Shown: in pieces, positions 15,220-26,237 of the stretch
Numbering within the stretch: the first letter of the stretch is position 1
Layout: every line of letters begins with the position of its first letter
Assembly: GCA_002633005.1 (NCBI GenBank)
Contig: NMRA01000415.1
Coordinates: 283,161 to 347,160 of the forward strand
Length of the DNA: 64,000 bases
Direction: 5' to 3'
Source of the DNA: Phoronis australis
Taxonomy: Eukaryota > Animalia > Phoronida
Notes under the pieces: generated by a model
What the model saw: only the letters and a program-made list of their open reading frames with translations
Databases searched by the model: none
What the model was told of the DNA's origin: nothing
Translations under genes and position numbers: made by a program

Positions 15220-15441
15220 NNNNNNNNNNNNNNNNNNNNNNNNNNNNNNNNNNNNNNNNNNNNNNNNNNNNNNNNNNNNNNNNNNNNNNNNNNNNNNNNN
15301 NNNNNNNNNNNNNNNNNNNNNNNNNNNNNNNNNNNNNNNNNNNNNNNNNNNNNNNNNNNNNNNNNNNNNNNNNNNNNNNNNNNNNNNNNNNNNNNNNNNN
15401 NNNNNNNNNNNNNNNNNNNNNNNNNNNNNNNNNNNNNNNNN
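15220..15441. other. Assembly gap (222 N) inside a MITE-like element
   Basis: The N run is flanked by catgggcggatttcagggggg and ctagattcgccactg termini. Confidence 0.95.
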
Positions 15442-15944
15442 TGGTATCCTAGATTCGCCACTGAGTAACCCTTTGAAGCCCGGCTGGGAGATAATTGGTC
15501 TGCTTGTAGCCATACGGGACAAGCGACTGTGCTGGGCAGTTAACAAAGGAGCCAGGTGTTATCGCACGCTCGGCTGAACGACAGAACGCCGTCTTGAGTG
15601 ACATAGCTCATTCATCTGGCACTGTAGTGACGATTTCTACCGCCAGGATGGAAGGACATCAACCACTAGAGGTCTCTGTCTTACCGGATGTTCACTTCAC
15701 GCTTGTCAAGTTTTCGAGCAGGCCTATTATTGTTTGAGGTAGGCCCAGTCCACGAGTACGAGGTAAGAAGAGAATCTGGTTATACTAGTACGGCACTTAA
15801 CTAAAGTTGTAAGTCGAGGGCATGCTGTAATATAGGTAAGACGTATCTTTGGTGTACGCACCTGTTCATTGAATGACCACTCATCTGGCCCAGGTCTCTA
15901 CGTCTACGACTAGTTGTTCATACGTTGTATCTCCTATAGGAAAG

Positions 15945-16415
15945 TCATACGCCGGAAGCTTTTCGGCGAATTATGCCTCACACTTACTAAAACATCAAAG
16001 TCACTTTGGTATAGGATGAGTGCCTTTTGTGCCTAGAGTAACACCTTAACAAGCCGTCAATCTCTGTAATTCCTCCCATCTCGAACAAATATTCCAGATT
16101 TCAAGCTTTTTCTTTGAGAAGTCCCTCTTTCTGTTCCCAAAATTGGTTACTAGCTGTTTTTACACTGCGCATGCCAGGGAATATGACGTCATACCACCCT
16201 TCCGCAGGCAGTGTTAAAAGTGACGAATGTCCGATTTTGGGAACTGAATGAAGGACTGCTCATAGAAAAACTTTGAACATGGGAATATTTATTTGAGTGG
16301 GGGGGGATTACAGACGGCCTTCTAAGGTGTCACTTTAGGTGCATAAGGCATTTATAACAGCGTGACTTTTTAGTCAGTAGGAGGCCTAATTCGCGGAAAA
16401 GCTTCTGGTGTATGA
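15945..16415. mobile_element. Long-hairpin MITE (~470 bp, arms ~200 bp) upstream of the POLR1H start codon
   Basis: The left arm tcatacgccggaagcttttt...gttcccaaaattgg is the imperfect reverse complement of the right arm ccgattttgggaac...aaaagcttctggtgtatga. Confidence 0.7.
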
Positions 16416-16720
16416 AGGTCTAATATGAGGTACATCTGCTACTTACATGTATATTGTCATTATATGTTGTTTAAATTTCTAACTAATATGGCCAAGCAAA
16501 TGCAGAGATAAGGAATTAGCGTGCAAGTTCCACTGTTGGAAGATCTGATGTGACAACAATGCAGTCCTCTTCTGAAGGGCCTAGAAATCATGTCTAATCT
16601 CAGTCAGGAAATTGTTTAGGGGGGTGTTTTTTAATACGAAGTTAGTGTTCTAGATATAAAAAATGTTTTTCATTGAAGGTAGTCTGATATCAGCTTTAAG
16701 CAATTTTGTTTTTGTGCAGC

Positions 16721-18984
16721 ATGTCTTCAAAGAAACAGTCAGCGTTCACCGCTGAGATTGACTTCTGCCCAGACTGCGGTTCCATCCTGCCCCTGCCTAC
16801 CAATGAAGACTTTGTGTCGTGTCGCACATGTGTCTATAAAGTCAATGTTAAAGGTAAGGTTCTGGTTCAGATAACGTGGTGACGTAATGAAGCACTACTT
16901 GAATGTTTCATTTGAATCTAAGCAGCCATTTCTAAGGTATGATGTTCCGAAGTTTGCCAAAAGTAGAGCATTATTCTAGAGTGTTACATCATCTTAAAAT
17001 TGATAGGAATAGTTGATATATTACAATGAATCCTAGTCTTGTTTTTCCATTTTCGTGAGTTATTGCATTCAGTGGTGTTTGACAGCGCAATTTAGCGAAA
17101 GTTTCCAAAATACTTTAATTCTGGTGCAAAAACTGAAGTAAAGTACCAATTTCTGCAAAAAATGATGTTGTCGGGTGCTTTAAATGTCTTCTAATATTTG
17201 ATATGTATTGATATGTAGCTTTTCATAATGATGCTGACATAGATTAGGGACATCCCATTTTCTGTTACTTGTTATATTTAGTTTATAGTTGCAAGCCATA
17301 CTTTCGAAAGGGTGAGAACGGAAGAGTTTAGTCGATAATTTTGCTTCTTATGCATTTCAGAATTTGATGGTTTGGAAATCCATTCTGAAGTCATCTTTAA
17401 TGAGAGGCAAGCAAAGAGCACTACCACGACTGAGAAAACAGATGGTCCTTTGGTAATAAACGCAAATTAACCAATAATGTTGAAGCATCTATAGAGACGT
17501 TGTGAATGAATGAATTTGGTCCTCCATCCTTCCAGTGAAATCACAGTGACCTTTTGGGTTTTCCCTTTGCAATATTATTGATGTGTTGCAAATTTGTGGG
17601 TCACGTTTTCACAACTTAACTACAGAAAACTAGCTCCACCTTATTGACATGCCGCTATTAAAATATTCGCCGCCATACGACACCAATTCTCTTGTAAGCA
17701 GGCAAAATTCGGGTTTTTAAACAGGACTCAAGATTTTATGCATGGCTCCAAGCTTTTCTAAATGACTTAAGATTTACAAACGTGGTGCTGAACATTTCAA
17801 ACATGGTTAGGAGCTCCTACTCCTGGTTGTCATGCTCCATTAAAGATCGGTTTTGTCATCATTATTGGTATAAATTGAAAGGACACTAATGTGTAGTGAC
17901 ATTATTCGATTCAGTTATGATATTGCGAATTATTCATGACCGAAATTCCTTCTGTTCACTCCAGGTGGACAGGAAGTGCTCCAAATGTGGCCATGAAGGC
18001 ATGGGCTACCACACGTTACAGACGAGGTCAGCAGATGAGGGTCAGACTGTCTTCTATTCCTGTCCCAACTGTGGGTGAGTGGTGGCAGGCTACTCCTGCC
18101 GGGTCACGTTTTCGCATCCCAATCTTCAACTATAGGTTACACATTATTTTTACTTGCTTCAAGCATTTCACTATCATTTCTTACTGCAAAGCATTAAAAA
18201 TAAGTACTGCTATGCAGCACAATTTCAATCATTTTTCTTGTAAATCAGAAAAAATAGGGCTTTTCAAACATGTGAATTAGAGAGAACATTAGACGGTGAT
18301 AAGCCCAGCTGCTGCAGTTGAAAAGATACTAAACCCAAATTTGATGATTACAAAAAATCCTCGTTCTATCTCCTGCTAATGCATCATTGCCGTCAATCTT
18401 GAAAGACAATGGCAGGAACCAACAAAAAACTCATGGTCCTTGGTGGGTGGTCTTTTCCCACAGTTGCGGTGTCATTCGTTGAAAGCATAGGTCATGCTTC
18501 CCCTTTTAGCAAACTTTGAAAGGAGTTTTCAAATTTGCCTACATACTTTGGAAGGTTGTAGAGGCTTACAGAGCAATTTTTGTTTATCTTAATAGGCCAA
18601 AACGGGGTATGGTATATTCCCTTGGGTTGGTTTGTGAGTGATAGTGCCAGTCAATTATCCACATTGTCCGTAAACAGTGTTTTAGTTAAAGCTATACACC
18701 AAAAGATGGAATATGGTGCCTTGATGTGAACCCAGCTGCTTTGTTGGTACTATGTAGACTGGTTTTAGACTGAAGAGCATCCCTGGCTGTGGGTAATCTT
18801 GGGTTATGCTGAAAATTACAGCCACAGATCTGGGCTTCATGTTACTATCCTGCTTCCCTGTTTTTGAAGTCTGAGATTTCTGTTTTGAAGGTGTGTAACT
18901 CAAACATTACTTAGCCCTGCCAGTTGACATTGTTTAATAAAGGCATTTTATCTTTGCAGCACACAAGAGACTGAATATTCATAG
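16721..18984 (+). CDS. POLR1H: DNA-directed RNA polymerase I subunit RPA12 (ZNRD1), 4 coding exons, 119 aa
   Basis: Exons 16721-16853, 17361-17452, 17965-18074, 18960-18984, all phases consistent. N-terminal Zn ribbon [10 protein letters not shown]...CRTC. C-terminal TFIIS-like ribbon [33 protein letters not shown], ending TQETEYS*. Confidence 0.95.
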
Positions 18985-19307
18985 CCTTGTGGAAGTATGG
19001 AGATCCTTTCACTGACTGTCTGCAGAATGTAATGATAGAAACTGGTAAATGAATATTCATCACATGTGACTGTAAAAAGGCTCTCTCGTCACTGAATATT
19101 CTTAGCCTGTGCAGGGCTTCTCGTCATCAAAAGACACTGCACCGACATGTCCATATTTTGTCTGCAGATTGTTTTTGTGCCATGGATGTCGCAAACAGGA
19201 TTTGTGTGTTTGACTGCAGGGCTCTGATGTGTTCTTACCCGAAAATGTTGTGCTCTCGTTACTGATTCTGAGGTTGACAAGAGTGAATATTTGCACTGAT
19301 ATAGCTG

Positions 19308-19440
19308 AGAGATGCTAAATATTCATGGAGATCTTGAAAATTCGTGACAATAACTTTTCGGGATCTTAAATAGCTGTGACAATATCACTTGGAGATGTTA
19401 AATATTCGTGACAATGCCACCTGGAGTTGTTGAAGTATTC
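19308..19440. repeat. Degenerate ~32-bp minisatellite downstream of the POLR1H stop
   Basis: Recurring unit ggagat(c/g)ttaaatattcgtgacaat, about 4 copies. Confidence 0.55.
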
Positions 19441-20574
19441 ATTATTAATTTGATTTTTGTTATAAAATTATTTATCGACGTTCAAGACTGATGAAAGCAC
19501 TAGAGATATGAGCCACTCAAGCTGGTCGTGTTTAAATGATGTTTTGGTGGTGACAAGCGTTGGTTTAATTCACGCCTGTTGTGTTCAAGATATTTGCAAT
19601 TTATTCAAATTGCATTGTTGAGTGAGAGTAGTTTTTATTTGTCTGAATCAATTCCGTCACACCACGGATGTTTGTCTCATTTTGTTTGTTCAGCTCCCTG
19701 GACCATTCTAAGGTGTAGGCATTGCAATGCCAAAACGAGGCTTGAACAGCAAAGCGTGGACCTCGTCCTTATGCAGCAAAATTTGTGTAGTCGTCTGGTT
19801 CTTCAATAAAGTCCTCCCTTTGGGAGGTTATAGTTTTAATATTACCCCAATAGTTTCACTTTCGTGTAATTTTTACATACAGAGCTGGAGAAACCATCGA
19901 ACTTAAGTTCCCAGCATTCATAATACCGAGGATTTTTGATAAAGGTCCCTGCGGACGAGAATTACGTCAAGTCATTTTTTGTACCCAAAAATTGCCTTGA
20001 GCGCTGTTTCGCAAAGTGTTTTTGTTTCCAAAAAGCACATATGTACGCTATTTCTACTTCCTTTTACGTAAAGCGCCTTGGGTCCTTTGTGGTGTTGGGC
20101 GTTTTATCTAAAGTCCGCGCTATCCGCATATCACCAGCGTTGGGCTCTCATGTGGATGGCCGAACTTTTTGTTAAAAAAGCGGGATAGTGGTTCAAGCAA
20201 ATGACGGTTAGCAGGGGTGGCCAGGTCGGAGCATTAGCCAGGATTTTGACCAGAGATTTGTTTACTTTTACAGTTTAGTATAGTTCGGTAGCAGCCCTTC
20301 ATTAACACAAACTTCTTGGAAGACATGTGCAATTTTCAACATAGCGATAATGGTATTTTTTTGCCCAGTTTTATGGCCATGTTGGAAAAAAGATGATCTT
20401 GAATGGACCCGCCCTGCACGTACATGGACAACCGTCGGGAGAGAAAACACACTGTGTGTCCAACGTGAGACTGTTCACGAGAATGAGGACGAAGATATTC
20501 GTCCATATGACTTATGAAATGCACTAAAATGGCCGAAAAATAACTAGACAAGAAATGCTAGACAATACCACCAC

Positions 20575-20830
20575 TCGGTATGTTGAAAAGGTCATTTCGG
20601 TTAAAAATTTTGGAATCCCCATTAGTCAGTGACGGAAAACCTTTGCTGAATGAACAGCTCACACGTGTGCACCGCACGATGGCTCTGTTCTATTACAAAT
20701 TTAAGCTTGTGGGCTTCCTACCGTGTGGACATTCACACTCTCAGCTTGTACATGGTATGCTCCTCGCCTCTGCCGTGTATCTCACTGTTAATTACGCTTC
20801 GTGCATGTTCATTTTACTCACAGTCTGATG
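20575..20830. repeat. Dispersed repeat family fragment (inverted relatives at ~30720-30950 and ~35880-36125)
   Basis: catttcggttaaaaattttggaatccccattagtc...gaaaacctttgctgaatgaacagct resembles the reverse complement of 30860-30950 and 36030-36120. Confidence 0.45.
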
Positions 20831-23800
20831 ATTAGACATACAGTCCCGAAATATAGTTAGTGTTTTAGCATAAAATTCGACTCCGTTCAGTTCAAAACCA
20901 ACATTCGGTTTACTTAATGTGGACTTGTTCATGTATGCCCAATCAAAAGTTGATCTTTAAGTCAAGTACCCCACTATTTGCATTCCTAAAATAGTAACAC
21001 GCTACCTTTTATAAGTTAAAATGGAATTTGTTAAATAACTTTGTAAGCATTAGTACTGGACCCAAAAATTTATATATTTTCATATCCTCGATGATCACAG
21101 AATCATATTTCGCGTGTATCAGATATTCGTAATCAAATGATTACCTTTTCTCCTCAGTTGCAGTGATTTTTCATGGAGATTCGCATGTTTTCACACGAAA
21201 CTGACTTATTGTGTCTGTTCATATCATTTGCACTGTACATGTACATGTAATTGTGCATGATAATTTATTTTATGGCCCAGAGCTCGGCTGTCAAAAGCAA
21301 TACTGCTTATTTAAGGGGTTATGGACGTCTTCATTTTGCCAGCGTAGGTCACCGGCTAAAATGCTTTTTAAAAAATAAAACCATCAGCATATTTGCGGAA
21401 ATTGCAACGATCAGCGTGAATTTTCAGAAAAAAAAAACGGAATTACATGGTAACGAACATTTGGAATCATAATGACGTTCTTCGAGTTCCTAAATTTTAA
21501 AATGAAGATGTACTGTAAGTTTTTAGTTTATGTTTAGTGTTTAGTGAACCGCCATTTGTCTACTCTATCTCTGCTGTTTCTCTCTTTGCAAGTTGTCACC
21601 ACGGTGCTATACGAACGAACTAAAAAGTATCCAACGCTTCGAATATCTTTACAGACGAAACGGGTCAAAAATAAATGGGTAGGTCTATCTGGACGCTCCT
21701 GCGATTACCGTTACATTACATGTAGCGACTTAAAATGACCACTACCCGTCTACTTGAAAACTACTCGCATTGCTAAACGTACTGTAGACACCTTCAGTCC
21801 CAATATGTCAGTTGCCTACGCCAACTAATCTCACTGCTGTGGTCTGTCAAATGATAAGAACGTCGAACAGATTATTCAGTTGATATATGTGATGTACATG
21901 TATATCAGGTGTTAAAGGAACATGCCACCCAAAAAAACAACCTATTTTGTATCAATTTAGATCGAGTAGTTCTACTCGATAACGGCACGTTCGGTTACGT
22001 TACCTGACACCTGACGGCATACGGAGGTGTGGAAATTATCCAATGACGTAATTGGTTTCACACGCAGTCTGTTCAGCAGTTCACAACACGGGTTACTGGT
22101 GTCAGCTGATCGCTTTATTTCATCGTTCAACACCAATAAATCATCAAACTTCGATGTACTGTAAAATCCTTAAAACTACGCCGAGTTCTTATAAAAACGT
22201 GTTGTTTTATTTCGCTGTTACGGATTCACTTATATTTGGACACACCGTAGCCTACAAAGTTCGGCAGGCCACATGTACCAAGGTCCGTAACAGTATTCTT
22301 CCGTGAAATAAGGACAGGAGAACCTAGATCTGTGTTGGTTATACTTGTGATTTTTTAGTTCTAAACACACAAAACGCTCGTTATCACGGCCAGTGGCTCG
22401 GAACCCGATAAGGGCCCGTCGCAGCCTCCCGGGGACTGGCACGAACATAAACCAGCTTGAGTTGGAAACAGTCACGAAAAGACTGTAATAGAGAGCCAAA
22501 GAATAATGTGCACTTATAATTATTTACATGAATTAGCCGCAAAACTGAAAATCTATTTGTACTTGTCGGGGGCCGCGAAGTCGCCGGTTCGCCTTCCACA
22601 GACCGTCAGGGCAAAGGTTGCACAGTAACAATGATTTGAATAATGTACATGTGTATTTGTATTTCTTGTAAATAAAGATTCCCCTAATACGTGACCATAG
22701 CATATAAAATCGAGGAATTGTTTCACAACAGCTTTCTGTCAGCAAACACTGAATTAGCATGCGCTCACACGGCCTCGGTGCCCGGTCAAGTACCTTTGTT
22801 GCCGGCACCAAAAGCTGGTAACGCTGTGATTTACTCATTGGTGGATTCTCAAAACATTTGCGCTCACGAGAATTCAGAGGCATTATAAGACAGACTTTAT
22901 TTCAGTTTCAAATAAGCATTGTTTAGGATCAATTAGGATGAGAATAATTCATTTTGAAACAGAAGACAGAATAATAGTCAAGAGCTCATCCAACGAAGAC
23001 TTCAGGGGTCGCATCGTTAGGTTTCACGGGCTATCAGTTCGAACCGTAATTGATCAAGAAATACTAGAGAGGCGCCGTGAACGTGCACAGGCAACGGAAC
23101 GTATGGATAGTTCTTTGGTAAGCCGGAATCCGTCAGAGAAATAACTGTCGACGAAATGCCGCCACAGACACGGAGATGATTTACGGCCTCACTGTATACT
23201 TGCTATTAACAGCATACATATGAACCTTTCATTATTGACTAGCGTGATCCACTTTCTAAGCATTTTGGGCTCTCGAGGAAGTCGAAAAAAAAACGACATG
23301 CCCGCTTTCTTCGCAGCTTCATAGTTCGGACAAGCGGGAACGATGCACCGCAAGATAGCGGTATTCACTCTGCAGACGAACCACCGACGTCGCTGCGTCG
23401 TTTCTCACCTTTCTCGCAGGTTAACGCGACACCTCTCGACAAGGTGAGGTCGACCGTACACAGTGGCGGATCTAGGATATCACAAGGGGGGGGCCCAACA
23501 TTTTGTCCGGCTGGAAGCATTTGCGCAAACTGAACCACGATTGTAGATGCGCATAGCACCGAATGGGGGGAGGGGGGTTTGCCNTTTATGGGCCACAGCG
23601 TTTGCGCGCGAAACCTACTTCTTTTTGTAATGCTTATTACACGTTTCATATTTTGTGCCATCAATTCTTAACAAATTTGTCGTATTTGAAATAGTCTTCA
23701 AATGCCCAAAAGACCCATTTTTCGTGTTGGCAATAATGACGGGATTGCTTTGGAAATCGTCTTAAGATAAGGTTTGACAAAGAGAGTATTGCAAGTTTCT

Positions 23801-24519
23801 GAGTGATTCACTAAGGCTTCGATTAAAATTCACATCTTACCAGCAGCTTCTGTTTTTTTTCATCGTCACTCAGGTTCCATTTTCTTTAAAAAATGAAGTA
23901 AATTTTCTTCATTGCACAGTGGAGCAGACGACGGAAACGGAGTCGTAGTGCGCAGCGCCACTACCGGTCGCCCAGGATATCGCGGGAGATCCTATATTTA
24001 GCCATAGTTCCGTTACGAATGCGCCATGTTCCGAATTTTACACTTGAAATATACGAAAAGATTGAATACGGTACACGCATGCGTGGGGCACACTTCATAA
24101 CCACACAACCTGGACTGGAAACAAAAACAGTGCGAGAATTAGCGAGACTTCTGCCGATTTCTCGACGTACTTGTTGCTCGGTTTCGTAAACTAAATGTAC
24201 ATGTACATGTATATCCGCAATATAATTTTTTGACAGGACTGTCATGAATAAACAGCAAGTTTACAAAAAAAATTACTGTTTACACTGACTTTCAATGGTG
24301 AATGAAAAAAGCTGTTTGTCAGTTTGCATCACGCGCTGTCACAGCTATGACCTACAGTGTAGTACACTGTACACGTAAGCTGCGTTTCGTAGACAAACGT
24401 TTGTCGTCGCTAGTTATTGCCATCTATGAGAAGCGAAACCCGTGATCTCACGATTATTTGACGTCTACGGAGACGGAGCTGGCACCTGTTCTAACAAGAG
24501 GCATCACTCGGTGGAACAG

Positions 24520-24790
24520 AAGCTCATCATAACAACGCAAGTGCCGTTTTCACGAGACATGTCATTGACTGTACGCTCTGGTGACCAAACTGAGTGAAGG
24601 AAATTACGTTACATCTGCATGTAATAATGTTCAGTGATGCTGGCTTACGTAATGCATGAGGTAAGCCACAAGGAATACATTAGGAAACCATCAAGGCGTT
24701 TTTTAGAATTGCACTTTGTTTTTTCAGATTGTGGTCTTATGACTTTGATGATCTTGAATGGAACTATTGCACTGGGGTTGCGGTATAGCG
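24520..24790 (+). pseudogene. Decayed copy of an intron plus TM exon of the TIR-TMEM268-like gene
   Basis: Aligns by eye to ~41230-41390 and ~41860-41975, including the acceptor ttttcag. A 1-nt deletion (ttatgac vs ttaatgac) frameshifts the exon. Confidence 0.65.
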
Positions 24791-25905
24791 TAGTGTCTAA
24801 GCTTGCGAAAATGTAAAATCACGCACACATCGTTACCTGATATCGACATGCATTGTACTGTAAGCGAAGCACGTGACCACACTAGCGTTTTGAGATTGCC
24901 TTGGGTCTACGGGACGCACCCCCGGTACCGAGTCTTCTTCCAAAGCCGGCCCAGAAGTCACTTGAATGTATAATTTAAATAAGAAACAGTTTGAGGCCAA
25001 TTTTAGAACTGTTTATGGTTAATGCTTTAACTCGTAAGTCGAACATTTGACGAATAAGCGGATTCATAGCAGCTTTGAAGCTGTTACAAACTCGTTTAGT
25101 AACTGCAAAACTGAATACGTATCGCTATAGAACTCTTACTATGCACTACTAATTTTAATGCAATAAAATTGATTGTGGATTATAATGATCGTTTATGCGT
25201 TTATGCCATACCCGTGCTATAAATTAAAACTGCTGTTTACAAACTACGCCAGACCTAGTCTTCTGAGCACAGTAGAACCAGTGCGTGAGAACCCAGCGAC
25301 GTCAGTTGGTTTCAGAATGTTGTTCATCAGTACCATGTACATGTGTATGTTACGCGGAGTATCAACTCTGTGGAGAATATCTCGTCCTACTGCAAATGAC
25401 CTCTGTAGTAGTAGTTTTTCTTCCGCCCGAATCGGGGATGACATGTCTAAAAGGCAAGTGACTGGGCGTAAAAAGATATGTTTTCATTTTTGTACTCATA
25501 CCAGGGAGGGGGGACTGAGAAAAGAGTAAATCCCCGTCGGAAGAGTTGTTGATGTGCCAGTTAAGCTTAGAGACACCCTAATTCAAAACCTGTTCAGTGA
25601 GCTGCTGGTAAGATGTGAATTGTAATCGAAGCCTTAGTGAATCACTCAGAAACTCGCAATACTCTCTTTGTCAAACCTTATCTTAAGACGATTTCCAAAG
25701 CAATCCCGTCATTATAACCAACACGAAAAATGGATTTGGTCTTTTGGGCATTTGAAGACTATTTCAAATACGACAAATTTGTTAAGAATTGATGGCACAA
25801 AATATAAAACGTGTAATAAGCATTACAAAAAGAAGTACTTTTCGCGCGCAAACGCTGTGGCCCATAAACAAGTAGGTCTTTTAGTAGGAGATTAGTAGTT
25901 AAATC

Positions 25906-25972
25906 GTGATGGTGTAGTGGTAACGCACGCGCGGTCTATCCGCCAGGTTGTGAGTTCGAGTCTTTGGTATTT
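25906..25972 (+). other. tRNA-derived sequence (Pol III A/B boxes) within the element arm; not a functional tRNA
   Basis: A box TGGTGTAGTGGT and B box GAGTTCGAGTC at tRNA-like spacing. No complete cloverleaf. An inverted copy lies at ~44752-44820. Confidence 0.55.
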
Positions 25973-26237
25973 GCAGTTTTTCTTGTTTGACACGTTCTCC
26001 GTGTTTTTTTTTGCCTTTTTTCTTGGATAATAATTCAGGAATCAAGGAAAATGCTTGATTTTTAGAGGTAAAAACAGAAAAATTTCCTAGGCGAGAGGGG
26101 GGCAAACCCCCATTCGGTGCTAGGCGCATCTACAATCGTGGTTCAGTTTGCGCAAATGCTTCCAGTCGGACAAAATGTTGCCCCCCTTGTGATATCCTAG
26201 ATCCGCCACTGTTTTGTGTCGTGTTCACGTGGAGAAG

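Larger units (their letters stand above)
23461..26211. mobile_element. Long-TIR (foldback/Pack-type) non-autonomous DNA element, ~2.75 kb
   Basis: Starts CAGTGGCGGATCTAGGATATCACAAGGGGGG and ends CCCCCCTTGTGATATCCTAGATCCGCCACTG. The inverted arms are 23461-~23848 (shortened at N 23584) and ~25600-26211. No transposase ORF and no obvious TSD. Confidence 0.7.

Noticed and set aside
15143-15577. ORFs of 91-144 aa in the ORF track
   Set aside because: Artefacts of translating through the N gap.
12577-19440. Short repeat arrays as CRISPR-like
   Set aside because: Head-to-tail units without unique spacers, no cas genes, and a eukaryotic context.
22533-23144. Protein-like short ORFs (for example 22938-23144)
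   Set aside because: No motif, no convincing splice sites and no linkage to neighbouring genes.
25244-25444. 66-aa minus-strand ORF inside the long-TIR element as a second cargo or transposase piece
   Set aside because: No DDE or other recognisable motif.
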